NCBI GenBank assembly: GCA_964016885.1
Contig: OZ024748.1
Span: forward strand, 56,420,001-56,484,000
Direction: 5' to 3'
DNA length: 64,000 bases
From: Eledone cirrhosa
Lineage: Eukaryota
Position numbers and translations under genes: made by a program. Within the stretch, counting starts at the first letter, position 1. Each line of letters opens with the position of its first letter. Of the stretch, positions 27,926 through 43,426 are shown piece after piece. The notes below the pieces were generated by a model. The model was not told the DNA's origin. It made no database searches and saw nothing but the letters and a program-made list of their open reading frames with translations.

Positions 27926-28338
27926 ATATATATACATATATATATATATTTGTATATATATATATATATGTGTGTGAGCGTGTGTGTGTGTTTGTGTGTG
28001 TGTTTGTGAGTGTGCGTGTATAAATGAGTCTGTGTGTGTGCATATGAACATATACATACGATCATATATATAATTATACAAGCCAACTTGCACAAGATTC
28101 CGCATTTACACATACATACACAGGAATATTTTAATGTGTAGTCAATTAGATGTAGATGGATATTTGCATGCGTATGTGTATGAGTGCATTTACGTGTGCT
28201 TATGTATACCGAAAGCAATGTATGTATAAATATTCATATTTCGAATCGAATGATATCATGTGCGTATATATGAATGTAAGTATGTATATACATATGTGTG
28301 CGTGCATACATACATATGTATGTGTATATATATATATG

Positions 28339-28474
<136 letters not shown>

Positions 28475-28478
28475 TATA

Positions 28479-28562
<84 letters not shown>

Positions 28563-29040
28563 TAAGTATATATTTATATATATATTCACGTATATATAGC
28601 TCAATGCTGTTAGATGAACCCAGTCACAATACAATTGCATATATAGAAAACTGCGAATGACATGAAAGACCCAATGGCTGATAATTGTGTCAGTAAGATT
28701 TCCCCGTGGAGCAGTGTGGCCTCATATTCGTTCTGATGACTTCACATCATATCCCTGTCATCTTTTCACGGCCCTGTTGCCTCATTGGAAACTATAGAGG
28801 GCAGAGGTAGTGTTAATAATAATAGAACGGAACTAGATCAGTATGCATTAATATTATATAGTGGAGACGATACATGAAGAACAGTGACGAAGCCGATAAA
28901 ACGAAAAAGAGTGAACAAAAAGAGGAAAAACATACAGAGAAAATGAGTGAGAGAACGAGAGTGGGGGTGAATGAGAGAAAGAGAGTGGGGGAGCGTAAAT
29001 AGAGTGTTGGGGATATTTATTGAAAAAAAATACGTGGTTG

Positions 29041-29144
<104 letters not shown>

Positions 29145-29261
29145 TATATACACATATATATATATATACATACATACTCTGATAAATACACCGACAGTCA
29201 CACACGCACACATATCGATATGCGTGTGTTTATGTAAATATATATAAACATATATGTGTGT

Positions 29262-29331
<70 letters not shown>

Positions 29332-29375
29332 GTGTGTATTTATGTATATATATATATGAATATATATATATGTAT

Positions 29376-29409
<34 letters not shown>

Positions 29410-29489
29410 AAAGATATATATATATATTTGTATATATATATATATATATATATACATAAATATAAATATATATATATATATAAAGATAC

Positions 29490-29520
<31 letters not shown>

Positions 29521-29550
29521 GACATATATTTATATATATACATAAAGACG

Positions 29551-29581
<31 letters not shown>

Positions 29582-29810
29582 CTGTGTATATACCTCTGTG
29601 AGAGGGGGTGATAATGAAAAAAATGGGCAAATGAAACATAAATACTTGTCATGAGATCACTAAAAACAATAATAACAAAATAGACAACACGATGGAACAA
29701 CTAAATCTGCCCTTATTAATAATAACAACAACAAAATATTATAAATGTTGTTTGAAGATAGACGTAGTTTTTGAATATCTAGACACCACCACCACGATCT
29801 AAAATAATAA

Positions 29811-30317
29811 TGTTTTCTACTTTAGGCGCAAGGCCAGCAATTACTGGTACTTTATTTTATCGACCCCGTAAGGATGAAAGGCAAAGTTAACCTCGGCGGG
29901 ATTTGAACTCAGAATGGCAAGGGCCGTAATTCTATGCGTCGAAGCATGGCGTCCGACTCTCTACCGAAACTGCCAATCCACCGCCCTCTTTGAATAAATA
30001 ATTGTTTCTTTTTTAGGCACAAGGTCAGCAAGACACCAGTGCATTACTGGTACTTTATTTTATCGACCCCGTAAGGATGAAAGGCAAAGTTAACCTCGGC
30101 GAGATTTGAACTCAGATCATTTGAATAAATAATTGTTTCTACTTTAGGCACAAGGCCAGCAATTATCCAGTACATTACTGGTACTTTATTTTATCGACCC
30201 CGTAAGGATGAAAGGCAAAGTCAACCTCGGCGGGATTTGAACTCAGACCATAAAGGGACGTAACTATGCTGGAAAGCATGGCGTCCGACCCTCTACCGAT
30301 ACTGCCAATCCACCGCC
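29811..30317 (-). mobile_element. Tandem array of three SINE units (family 1)
   Basis: Units at 29811-29985, 30003-30116 (5' truncated) and 30134-30317, separated by tttgaataaataat. Confidence 0.9.
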
Positions 30318-30319
30318 AT

Positions 30320-30718
30320 CATTTGAATAAATAATGATTGAATATTACATAATTTATGTACTAAATTTCGTGGCTGTTCATTAAATATATTTTATTACTT
30401 ATTTTAAGATTCACTTCTTTAAAATGTTTAAATGTAGACACTTCCGGTTAGCGATCGCTTAAATATTCATATATTTCTGTCACTAATTTTCTCCTAATGC
30501 AGTTTATACATAATATCGTCTTTTTTTAATGTATCATGGATTACGTTACTGATTACATAAGACAGTGTAACGCAGTCTTCGTACAGTCCCTGTGTATATT
30601 GTCGATTACGATTTCATTTGATGTATCATATCTACATGTATATATACGTGCGTATAATATCATTATACACACCAGACATGCTAGCAGAAAACCACCCGAA
30701 GGGTGGTTTTTCTGCTAG
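30320..30718 (+). mobile_element. Dispersed repeat with Helitron-like 3' end (copy 2)
   Basis: Homolog of 10352-10757. Terminal palindrome ctagcagaaaaccaccc gaa gggtggtttttctgctag at 30681-30718. Confidence 0.65.
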
Positions 30719-30824
30719 AAATATTAATAACCCCAACACCAATGACATCAACAACAAACGTCATCAGCAACGACACTAATAATAACACCATTAGTAATGA
30801 TGTGAAGTCGATGATGACGACAAG

Positions 30825-31260
30825 GACGACTACGGCGATGAAAAGGAAGACGATGACGACGACGGCGATGAAAAGGAAGACAATGACGACGACGGCGATG
30901 AAAAGGAAGACGATGATGACGACGGCGATGAAAAGGAAGACAATGACGATGACGGCGATGAAAAGGAAGACGATGACGACGACGGCGATGAAAAGGAAGA
31001 CAATGACGACGACGGCGATGAAAAAGAAGACGATGACGACGACAGCAATGAAAAGGAAGACGATGACGACAACGACGATGAAAAAGAAGACGATGGCGAC
31101 GGCGGCGATGAAAAGGAAGACGATGACGACGATGGCGATGAAAAGGAAGACGATGACGACGATGGCGATGAAAAGGACGACGATGACGACGAAGACGATG
31201 AAAACGAAGATGAAAACGAAGACGACAAAGAAGACGATGACGACGAAGAAGACAATGAAG
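30825..31260. repeat. 30-bp minisatellite
   Basis: About 12 copies of gacgacgacggcgatgaaaaggaagacgat, decaying at the right end. Confidence 0.95.
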
Positions 31261-31281
31261 TCGACGGGGCCGATGACGGTG

Positions 31282-31340
31282 CCTTACGAGGTCGATAAAA
31301 TAAAGTACCAGTTATTCACTGAGTATTTGCTGGCCTTGAC
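31282..31340 (+). mobile_element. SINE family 1 3' fragment
   Basis: ccttacgaggtcgataaaataaagtaccag...ggccttg. Confidence 0.8.
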
Positions 31341-31549
31341 AATAACCATAACAATATCAAGAGAATGTGTAATAAACGTAAGAAATTAATTTGGTATTCA
31401 TAAGGGTAAGATCCAATAATAAATTAGAATATATTGTGGCTTTGACCTGGTTGATCACCCTCCATATTCTCCTTAATTGGCCACATCTAACTATCATCTG
31501 TTCCACAGCATAACAACAAATAAAAAATAAGAACTCCACATTGCTTGAA

Positions 31550-31752
31550 CCAGTATCACTGTGATGTTAACATCATATCTGCTGTTGAAGAATTTATTGA
31601 CCAACAGGATGAAAGCTTCTACACCAATGAGACCCAAGTACTAAAACACCGATGGAAGAAGTGTGGACCACCAGGGGGACTATGTTGAAAAATAAACCTC
31701 ATTAAATATAAGAATATCTTGGTAAGCCTATGAATTTTACAACCGTCCATCG
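31550..31752 (+). mobile_element. Mariner transposase C-terminal remnant with right TIR
   Basis: ISAVEEFIDQQDESFYTN...LKHRWKKC.../GDYVEK* followed by a TIR ending cg|TA. Confidence 0.85.
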
Positions 31753-31789
31753 TATGATACAGTTTTATATATTTCTAAGATAATAATAA

Positions 31790-31802
31790 AAGTAGTAGTA
31801 GC

Positions 31803-31838
<36 letters not shown>

Positions 31839-31839
31839 T

Positions 31840-31889
<50 letters not shown>

Positions 31890-31891
31890 TA

Positions 31892-31926
<35 letters not shown>

Positions 31927-31957
31927 ACAGTAGTAGTAGTAAAAGTAGTTTTAGTAA

Positions 31958-31999
<42 letters not shown>

Positions 32000-32098
32000 C
32001 AGCAGTAGTAGTACTAGTAGTAGTAATAATAGTAGTAGTAGTAGTACTAGTAGTACTAGTAGTAGTAGTAGTAGTAGCAGTAGCAGTACTAGTAGTAC

Positions 32099-32134
<36 letters not shown>

Positions 32135-32136
32135 GT

Positions 32137-32210
<74 letters not shown>
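31790..32210. repeat. (TAG)n microsatellite
   Basis: Directly visible. Confidence 0.95.
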
Positions 32211-33889
32211 TAGCAGGTCTGTGGTTGAATTAGAAGTAAGCAAATAATATTACTACAGCTGTTGCATATACATGTAGAAGGTCACATAAACTTCTTCTTT
32301 AGATATATAAATGGTTATTGAAAATGTGTGTGTATGTCTGGTCTGTTTATGTGTGTGTGCTTTTGTTTTGTTTACTACCGACGTGAGTCTGTGTGTGTAT
32401 TTATTTGATATGTATGTACGTATGTATTAGTTTGGTTGCCAGTGTGTGTATGTTTAAGAATGGTGATATTTATAACCCTGAATTCTGTGCAATGAGTCGG
32501 TAGAGAATGCTAACATACCAAGTTGGTAGAGAATGCTAACATACCAGGGGCAATGAAAATATGTGTTTCTGCTGTCGCCTTCATTAGTACAATATCCTTT
32601 GTGCAATAGAAAATAACCGGTGGACGATATAAAGGGAAAATAATAAGTGGTGAGGTGGATAGAATGTAACAATTAGAATGAAGATTAGGCTATGCCAATA
32701 CAATAGGTTCAGGTGTCGGAACGCAAAAGAATTTTGAATAAATTTTACAGAAATATAAACGAATTGTGCTTGCAGATTGATATAAGAAATGTGTGTGGTA
32801 TGTTGTTTTTTGTTTCAATGCGTGTTTGTGTGACTATGGGTGCTGGAATGCCGTATGCACATTTTAGTCATATGGAGTTTCCTCTTTGAGTAAAAAAAGT
32901 GCAAAGAGATGCCAATGGGTGGAACTGGAGTTGCAGAAATCCAAGGAATATGTGGAAGGAATTAGTGAGATCGAATCTCAAAACGCTGAAGCAAACAAGG
33001 GAGTTGATGAACCCGTCCAACTGAAGCTAGCATCGAAACGTTGGTTGCAAACTGCTGATTATATTCATGATGAATTTGATGATGATGACGATGATGATGA
33101 TGATGTTATATGATGATGAAGTTGATGACGACAACAATGACGAGGAAAATGATGGTGATCATATATCACAGTCTAAGGTACCCTATCGGTTTCTAAGAGC
33201 TTCCTAATAACATGTCCATTATGATACCTCCTCAGACTGTCAAAACCTGGGATGGATAGGTCACTGTTAATCTCAAGCATCTTGTCAACGGACATAATAA
33301 TTGTTAATCCAATTAACAATGAAATAAACAATGGCCTATAGATGCCACCGATATAATCATTACAGTGTTTGAAATAAAACACCAGAAACAGCAAAACCAA
33401 GAGATAAAAATAAACAAAAGAAATTAAAAACAAGCTGAAAAATTACCAAATAACTTCAGTACGCACTTCAAATAATAACTGTATTATTATAACCTCTTGG
33501 AATATCAGTAATACAGTATACAATTAAAAGAAACGTATTAACTCAGTGTGTGTTTATTTCTTAATCATTTTTTTATATTTTCTTCCTTCGATTTTATTTT
33601 GTTTGAATAAATTAACAGAGAAAAAGAAAATTGTGTTCAATTAAATTTTTGAAGTATTAATTTCCCCCTTGTTCACGTTAAAATAAGTTATTACATGATA
33701 TGTAAGTAGCAATCTATGAAGACAGACGAAAAAAAACAAAAAAAAACAAGAAAATAACACGTTTAATATGAGTTTGTGATTAGGTTTAATTCGAATCGTG
33801 TTTTCCAAAGTTTCAATTTACTTATTTATTATATACTTCAATAGAAATGTATTTACGTAATTATAAGTTTCCTGTGCACACACATGTAT

Positions 33890-33979
<90 letters not shown>

Positions 33980-34001
33980 ACATATATATATATATATACA
34001 T

Positions 34002-34034
<33 letters not shown>

Positions 34035-35259
34035 ATCGCATATATATATATATATGCATATGCGATTCTTTATGTCTAAAAAGAAAAGTTCTTTGTTCTA
34101 TATATAATTACAAATGAGTTGGGATATTAAATTAAGAAGCTATCATTTTGTCATTACACATCAGACGGATTCTGCTGCCGCTTCTTGAATGAGCTTTTCG
34201 TTGAATCTAGTCATTAATTATAGGGTTTGATGATATATTAATGAGAGTAACTCACACTTAATCTTATACTAATATCACATACTTTTGTCTAGTGCTACTT
34301 CGTGTAAATTTATCTTTGTGAATGTGAAAGAAAAAAAAAATGGAAATAATGAAAGTAACACAAAGATAAGCGTAATTCTTGAAGACAACTGAAATGTGAG
34401 ATAATTACCACGCAGTTAAAAATGCATATCCATTCTGAAAATAAAAACTAACATTGAAGAACATACTGCATAGTTTACGAAACATACATCCTGCCTGGTA
34501 AAACACACAGTACGAACATAATGATATGTACACTGAGAAGACAAAATTGTCCAACTATTATATTTACAATACTCAGTATCTCTATGTGTAAAACATTATT
34601 CAAAAAGAAAATTCTTCGTTCTTCGTATTGCATTGTGTTATTCAGTCCAATAATAGATGTAAATAGTTATATTCCAATTTGTTTAACTTAGGTAAGCATG
34701 CACGTACCCTTGCATGGACTGTTGGAAAAATAAACTGTAATTTTCTTGGGGTATATATCAAGATATTCTAATGAAATATTTAATATATTATAACAATTTA
34801 ATGGCATTTTATGATGCACTGTAGGGCTGTAAGAACTGTGATTCTTGTAAGAGCGTACTTTTAGTAATAGAGCACAATCACTAACACGCATTCACACTCA
34901 ACTACACACAAACACACACAGTGTGTGTATGTGTGTGTGTTTGTTTGTGTGTGAGTATGCGTGATGTGAGAGTGATAGCGGGGGAGGGAGTAGCTATATA
35001 TATATATATATATATATACCTATGTACATTTTTGTCTTGTATAATAATATGATATGGAAATAAAATACGTTACAAATATAAATAAATAAACGCATACATT
35101 TTTGGATATACAAGTAAGATTTCGTAAATCAAAATATGAATATGTATGAAATGGAATTATCACACATTTTAGGTGGAAATTATTTTGCACAATCATGCAT
35201 AACTCAATATTTGTAAATAATAATGTGCACACGTCTCTCTGCACCTGTATACGTATTTA

Positions 35260-35311
<52 letters not shown>

Positions 35312-35850
35312 AAATAAATAAATAAATATATATATATATATTATACAGTATTGTATATTTGCTTGTGTATAAACTTATTTGCTTGGTTGTATGTAAGTGT
35401 CCTATTTCCTAATTCGTAATTAACGCTTCTGAATCTTTATATTTTTACATAATAACAGAAATTTTCGTAGGCATCGCACGGCTGCTATTCTCAGAAAATC
35501 TTACCAATTCCATGTAAGCAAAAGTTGCCATTTATAAAACGTCATTCTACCTTGATTCTGTTATTTTTTGGCACCAAATACACATGCCCGACTATATTTA
35601 TTTAAAAATCTGTCAATGCTGCCTACAGCAGATGTTCGCTTGCCACTATGGATAGTGTTTATTTAACGTGGTTTTCTTTAAATGTCTTGCTTATATAGTA
35701 AATAGTATTTGTTGTTCATTGTAAAATACCAGATATCATATATAACTCTCTCTCTCTCTAACTCTGGCTGGCTGTTTCGTCACCCCCTACTCTCTCTCTC
35801 TCTCTCTCTCGCGATATTGATAAATAAAAGCTATATATATATATATATAT

Positions 35851-35920
<70 letters not shown>

Positions 35921-36182
35921 ATATATATTAGATATGTATACGCATACATACACACGCCAACATACACACATATACATATATTTCTAAGTCTGTGTGAATG
36001 TGGTATGCTTAATATATAGATATATAAAATATTCAGATATACACAAGTTGAAAGTGAAGATACTTGAGTTCCTCTCTGCGTAGCTTTTGTAGATATTCGC
36101 TTGAAAAATCATAATCATATATATATCTATGTTGTCCTATCATAAATGAATACAACATTTACAGTCTATCACTATAAATAAT

Positions 36183-36368
36183 TGTTTCTACTTTTGGCAC
36201 AAGGCCAGCAATTACCAGTGAATTACTGGTACTTTATTTTATCGACCCCCATAAGGTTGAAAGGCAAAGTTAACCTTGGCGGGATTTGAACTCAGAATGG
36301 CAAGGGCCGTAACTCTATGCGTCAAAGCATGGCGTCCAACCCTCTACCGATACTGCCAATCCACCACC
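36183..36368 (-). mobile_element. Full-length SINE (family 1) with 18-bp TSD
   Basis: TSD tctatcactataaataat at 36165-36182 and 36370-36387. Confidence 0.92.
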
Positions 36369-36764
36369 CTCTATCACTATAAATAATAATTGAGAAAATT
36401 GAGTAAATTACCCATGGAGATGGATACAATTATGCAGAAGCTCCTTCCGGGAAACGAACCCATATCTGTCGGATGACGGGTGACTGCTTTTAGTAAGACG
36501 TTCAGACCTCCCAGTTTGCTAAATGTCTTGTTTTCGGAGATTTTCTCTGTAGGTAGAAAGTCTGAGCATCCAGTATACACGCATTAAGAACAGTTTATGT
36601 TTCGAAATAAATCTTTCTACACCAATCACTCAGTACATTATTGGTAATTTATTTTATCGATCCCGTAAGGATGAAAGGCAATGTTAATGGAATGACCAAA
36701 TGACCTTTTTTTTTCAACACAGTCCCAGGAAAATGCAGTTATTAATACGAAGAATTGTAAATAA

Positions 36765-36975
36765 TGATTTCTACTATAGGCACAAGGCCAGTAGTTTAGG
36801 GAGAAGGGAAAGTCGAGCAATCCTATCCCAGTACGTTACGGGTGATTTATCTTATTGACACTGTAAGGATGAAAAGCAAAGTTAATCTCGGCGGGATTTG
36901 AACTCAGACCGCAAAGGGAGTAACTCTATGTTGCAAAGCATGGTTCCCGACCCTCTACCGATACTGCCATTCCAA
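36765..36975 (-). mobile_element. SINE (family 1, long-tail variant)
   Basis: Matches the family, with an extra tttagggagaaggg segment. SINE and MITE fragments precede it at 36630-36745. Confidence 0.85.
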
Positions 36976-37100
36976 CTTCTAGCTAGAAACCTAAAATCCT
37001 CCTAAGCGGTGATAATATATGGTCAACACCCCTTAGTGTGTTAGCCAATGTACTCGGCTTGCTTGCTAGTAATACAGTTTTTTATTATAAACTATTTATC

Positions 37101-37315
37101 GCGATGGATTGGCAGTACCAGTGGAACGTCTGAGAACATGCATTGCGGCAGAATTCAAGCCATCTACGTTCTGAGTTCAAATCCTGCTGAGGTTAGCTTT
37201 GCCTTTCATTCTTAACGGGTCGATAGAATAAACCAGCAATAAGGCCCTGGGCTCCATTTACATCGACATAACCCTCCCCTAAATTTCTGGCCTTGTGCAT
37301 AAATACGAAACCATT
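37101..37315 (+). mobile_element. Diverged SINE (family 1)
   Basis: B-box gagttcaaatcc, core and tail are present. Confidence 0.85.
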
Positions 37316-37753
37316 AAGATGAAATATTTCAGTTAGTTAGTCAAACATATCATTGAATCGAAGGGGATAGATATTTCTAATAAAATTGCGAATCCTCATT
37401 ATAAATATCGACGCAGTTGTATATACTTTCTATTTTTTGAGAAATTAAGTAGGATATTTAGACATATGTATCTTTCCAAATGTATCGCTTTCACTTCGAT
37501 TGATTTCGATTATGGTAACATATTTTATATTGTGTAAAATAATTTTTCGAATGATTAAGTAGATACTATGATTCCTGGGGAGATCCATTGCTGTCACTTT
37601 TCTCACTAACAAGCTGCATAATATATCTTGAGTGGAAGATCTTGTTTCTCGTAAATAATGCTAAACGTCTTAATACTTTACCACTAATGTTCTTAGTTTT
37701 TTCAACTAGAAACCACCTTTAGATAATTTGCGAATTTTGTGCACTGACAACTA

Positions 37754-37965
37754 AGAGGGTCGGCTGAAAATTTCATAGTCTTAAAGATTATAGGCTGATA
37801 AATATACTCTCGTGGGATGCCAAAATGAGGTTTAGTTTTCAACATAGTTACTGGAAACACACAATGCGGTTATTAATAAAAAGTGGTGAAATTAATGTAT
37901 GCATATTTCACAGCTCTAGCACCAATCCTTCATAGACAACCAATGAACTTTTCAACGGAAATTCG
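37754..37965. mobile_element. Mariner-derived MITE
   Basis: TA|agagggtcggctgaaaatttcata ... atgaacttttcaacggaaattcg|TA. Confidence 0.7.
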
Positions 37966-39754
37966 TATGCTATTTGTAAAACATTTCTTCCCATCGATTT
38001 TTATCAATATAAAGTGTCGTTTGTTTGTATACAATAACAAGTATTTCATACACGTTAGTTATACTCTGCAGCCAGGAGAGTTGTTCAGATTAAGAAGTAT
38101 ATTTTTTACCTCCTTTTCTATCAAAACTTATAGAAAGGAAAATACACCAGCGTGTGTCTTGATATCCACGTTTGTGCTTCTTTAATATAGGTGTATTGGC
38201 AAAGAGGTTAGGACGTCTGGTAACACGATTTGTGCTATTCGTTTCTGTTCTCTGACGTCTGTGTTCAAATACCACCTTTCATCCTTTCGAGGGTGATAGA
38301 AAAGGTCCCAGTTAGCTACTGTCTCAATCTCTTTCTCATTTCAATTTTTTTTCTCTATATGTACTTCTCGGGAGGTAATCAACTATGTTCAGATCTAGAG
38401 AGAGGCCGAACCATTCCAGGTTTTAAAGTGGCCAAGATTGTACCCTTACGATACCGTCAGAATTTTCGGGTCTAAAGAAGAATACAGATAAAGATAAATG
38501 ACAGTGACGTAAATGCGAGTTATATATCCTTCGGTAATACTGCCTGCAGTCAATGAATAGAGGTCTCTAATCTGGATTGAAGCCGTTCATACGAATGAGC
38601 ATTACAGCTGTCGATAATTGACTTGGTGATGCGATAACTACCTTGGTGCAAATCATACATTCCTGACAAATTCTATTCCCAGTTGCACCTAATCCACATC
38701 AGTTGTATTTCTGATGCCATTGAAAAAGGATTAATATTAAATATATTCGTTTGCGTTTTAATTTAAATCTAAAGTTTTCTTCTGCTGGTCAGTATCAATA
38801 TATAGAGAAGCGTACAAATTGTTGGTGTTTAGCTTCATGTCAAACCTGATCAAGTTGACATGAGATCAAAGACATTATATTATACAATACATTTTGCAAT
38901 TTTTAAAGTTAGTTGGGTGTCGTTTGTTAGAAATATGGAAGCCATTTCTGAAAAGAGACGAGTCATTATAACTTTGCTTAATTAATATTGAATGGAGACT
39001 GTATAACGATACCGACAAGAACGACAACCAGAAGACTTTTGAATCAATGTGTTTGTAAAATTAAGTCAACGAGTTGGCAAAATTGGAACCATTGCGATAT
39101 GTGTTGCGGCCCTGAGCGTTCTATGTTTAGATCCTATTGGAGTCAACTCTACCATTGCCTATCCAGTGTCGATTAATATAGTACAAATTAACTATTGTGG
39201 TCAATTCATTCCTGCCCATTTTTTTCTCTGTCCTTGCCTGACTATATGTATGTTATTTTCTTTCTATCTCTCCCTCTCTGTGTTCCCCTAACTCTTCTCT
39301 GTATCCCTCACTATATCGGATTCACCTGTGTTGTGCCAGGAGAAATGTTACAAAAACAAAAAAAAAAAGTTCGACGGCGTCTCTTTCTAAAAAAATAGTA
39401 CAACGTTGATTCTTTATAATATATAAACCTCCATCCATGCTATTAGATCTGTCCAATCAAGGCCTGGAGTACACTCAAGTAATAAAGAGAAGTTTTATAA
39501 ACACGTGATTAAGTGTTTTGGATTCTCATTCATGAGTAATGGACGGAGCGGTGCCTTGAGTTCTTGGGTAAAATACTTTATTTAACGTTTTTCGTTTTGC
39601 TATGGTTTACACCAGTCAGTTAGTTTCTGTAATTTAATGGCGACTAGAAACATTTTCTCTTTGGTCCGATCTGCATAATTGTTCCTTCTATTTTCTGTGT
39701 AAAGGCAAACAACTCAATGTGAATGTTTGTTTAATTGTACAAATCTGTGAAATA

Positions 39755-39969
39755 ATGTTTTCTGATTGAGGCACTAGACCAACAATTTTTGGGGAAGGAA
39801 AGTCAATTAAATCGTCCCCAGTTTATTATGCTACTTTATTTTATTGAGCCTTTAGGGATGAATGGCAAAGACTAACCTCGGTGGAATTTGAACTCAGAAC
39901 GTAAACAGATCGGACGATATGCCTCAAACCATATTGTCCGAAGCTCTACCGACACTGCTAATCCACTGC
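39755..39969 (-). mobile_element. Diverged SINE with TSD
   Basis: Family core and B-box, with caaatctgtgaa repeated on both flanks. Confidence 0.8.
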
Positions 39970-40384
39970 TTTAGCAAATCTGTGAATTATTGAAAGTATG
40001 TTTAGGAATTTAAGAAACCATATCATGAGAATGTAAGAATCATTATTTTAGAAATAAGTCGATGTGCGGACACGAAACAATAAAGAACTGTTCTTAGTAT
40101 CTTATAATACGACATCTTGGCTGTTGTGAATTAAAAGTGCTGTTTCAATCATTTAACATCAGACATTTAAAGTCAAGTCTTTGCCTGTGGTTATAATTCT
40201 GCAGTATTTCATGACAATAAGCGAATAAAAAACCAATATACACACAATTGCATACATACACACAGAAAAACACTCATATACACACCATCACAGGCACATA
40301 TAACACACGCAATCGCAAACATTCAAATACACGCCATCACACGCACATATAAACACACACTCACAAACGCTCATGTATACACAC

Positions 40385-40565
40385 AGATGCAAGGGTACTT
40401 ATCATATATACATACATTCTCGTAACACTTACGTATACACACGTATGCAAGCGTACTTAGCACATATACGCGTACATACATTCTCGTAACACTTACAATG
40501 CACACACAGATGCAAGCGTACTTAGCACATATACATACATTCTCGTAACACTTACGTATACACAC
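40385..40565. repeat. About 60-bp tandem repeat, three copies
   Basis: gcaagcgtacttagcacatata...cattctcgtaacacttac repeated. Confidence 0.85.
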
Positions 40566-41878
40566 ACACGTACACACACAAACACAGGTACACACACACA
40601 CACACACACACTCACGCACACACACAGAGACAGAGGCATGTTCAAGCTATATACGCAAAACTTACAATGAGTTACTTCAATGTAACGTGAAGAAGAAATA
40701 AAATAAAATACTTGTCAGATGACAAGTTTTATATATTATAATATTGTCTTGGGTAAAAAGCAAAAGTTCTCAGTGGGAATAGAAAGATTTAATTTATGGT
40801 GAGAGAAAAAAATGGTGTCAAGCTATGATTTTGCTCAGATAAATGTTGTATTTTTTAAGTTTATTCATTTCTTTATAAAAAAAATAGCAAAAGGAGGTTA
40901 CATAAAAAGGTTGAATATATGAATTATTATCGCTAGTACATGTGTGGCCAACCTATCACAAATTCTACTAATTTTGTTAATCTTTATATTCGCTACTTAT
41001 ATAATGTATCTTACTAATTTACTTAAAATACCAACTTTTTTTTATATATTAAATAGAAATAGGGTTCATAAATAACATTCGAAAATTTCTAGTGACTCTT
41101 GATAAGGTTGTTTTTCCCTAGTTATATGTGGTATTATTTAGGGTGTGACTAACCTAATATGAATTATATCCATTTGCTGGGTGGTCCTTCTGTAACTAGA
41201 TTGTATATGTGTTGCCGTTGTTTTTGTTTAACTCTTCATAGACCCTAAACCTGAAGTCTTATATATAAGCAATATAATATAGTTTAATTATTGTATTCCC
41301 ACAAATGATTCAGAAACATCCTGATTAGTAGATGGCAACATTTATTTGCAAGATATATGGCTATTATTCAGAACACAATGAGCCAACATTTACAGACATC
41401 GTCGTTGAATAAAAACATTTCGTTTTGGTTATTGTTTACATACGAGACATCCCAGATGAAGCCCAAGAATTAGTCAATAGTTTTCCAGGCAAGATTACTC
41501 CATTTTATTATTATGTGGCATAAAATAGCATAAAATATATCGCCATCATGATTACCATCGTCATCATCGCTCAATATCATCACCATCACCGCCTTCATCT
41601 TCATCATCATCATCATCGTCAATATCATCATCAACTTCACCACCACCACCAACACCACCACCATCTTCATGATGATGATGATGATGATGATGATCATCAT
41701 CATCATCATAATAAATATCATTATCTTCATCATCATCATTATATTAAACATCATCGTGATCATCATCATCATTCATCATCATCATAAACATCATCATCTT
41801 CATGATCATCATCATGATCATCATCATCATCATCATCGTCACCGACATCATTCAACAACATTATCACCATCATCATTA

Positions 41879-42070
41879 GGGCGGTGAATTGGCAGTATCG
41901 GTAGAGGGTCGGACGCCATGCTTTGCAGCATAGAGTTACGGCCCTTTTATGGTCTGAGTTCAAATCCCGCCGAGGTTAACTTTGCAATTTCATCCTTACG
42001 GGGTCGATAAAATATAGTACCAGTAATTCACTGGGATAATTGCTGGCCTTGTACCAAAAGTAGAAATAAT
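41879..42070 (+). mobile_element. Full-length SINE (family 1)
   Basis: Complete head, core and tail inside an (ATC)n tract. Confidence 0.92.
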
Positions 42071-42527
42071 GATCATCATCATCATCATTATAGCGCCATT
42101 GTACTCCTCATCATCATCATAATCTTCATCACCATTATCATCATCGTCAGCAACTTCCTTACTTAGGGAACTCTGATATAATCTACAACAAAGGCAGTGT
42201 TAACGCGTTACTTGTGAAATAATTCAATAATAGAGCTACAAGATTGTCAGGGTATTAAATGACATCAACTAAAACTGGGTGTGTAGATACTAATTTAGAT
42301 TAATATCACATGGAATCTAAACTCATTTAACAACAGCTAATATATATATATTTTTTTTTAAATATTAAATTTGCAAATTGTTCGAGATTTTCTTATATTT
42401 CTTATATTTCTTTTGTATTAATGCTTGTTTCATTATTTTTATTTTTATTTATAAAATGTGCTGACTCGTTCTCTTTCAATATACAGACTTTTTCACAGAC
42501 ACTCTATGGCATATATCTATCTATCTA

Positions 42528-42569
<42 letters not shown>

Positions 42570-43290
42570 CACACGGACATACGCATACATTTATTCATAT
42601 ACACACATCTAAATACAAATATATGTATATATATATATACATATACATATACATACACAATCACATACACACGGACATACGCATATACTTATTCATATAC
42701 ACACATACACATATATATATATGTATGTTTATATATACACAAATGTATATGTATATATATATATGTATACATATATATATATATCTTTGTGTAGATATTT
42801 GTAGGGTGTGTCTCTGTATGTTTAGATATATATACTTGTTTTCATGCCGCTCTCTTATATAATTATTTCCAAACACACACAATAATACACGTACATCACA
42901 TGAACAATACAACTTTAGCTGCTGTATTTTTACGATAGTGTACATTTCCATGAAAGTCCTCACGTCCTCATATTTTTCTCTTTTATTGTTTCCATAAGGC
43001 TATGATGCTCTACGGCATGGCTTTCGTTTTATATATTATATAAAGGGCAAGTATATTTCGAAGAGTGCATGACTCACATCACTATAAAAACAGTTACCAC
43101 AATATACATGTACCATAGGTAGAGTGAAATATCACAAAGCATTCGCATATTTACCTAAGTCTCTTCACTCTTTTTATATATCTACTCGAGATTATGTTCC
43201 CTGTATATCATTTTTGAACAATACGTTTCGTGAACTATCTCTACCAGTATTAATCCTATTGTATATTTCACCCTCCTAATGCACAACTCT

Positions 43291-43356
<66 letters not shown>

Positions 43357-43390
43357 CATACATACATACATACATACATACATACATACA

Positions 43391-43426
<36 letters not shown>

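Noticed and set aside
30703-31389. 228-aa ORF with TTTAMKRKTM repeats
   Set aside because: It is a by-product of the 30-bp minisatellite and runs through a SINE fragment.
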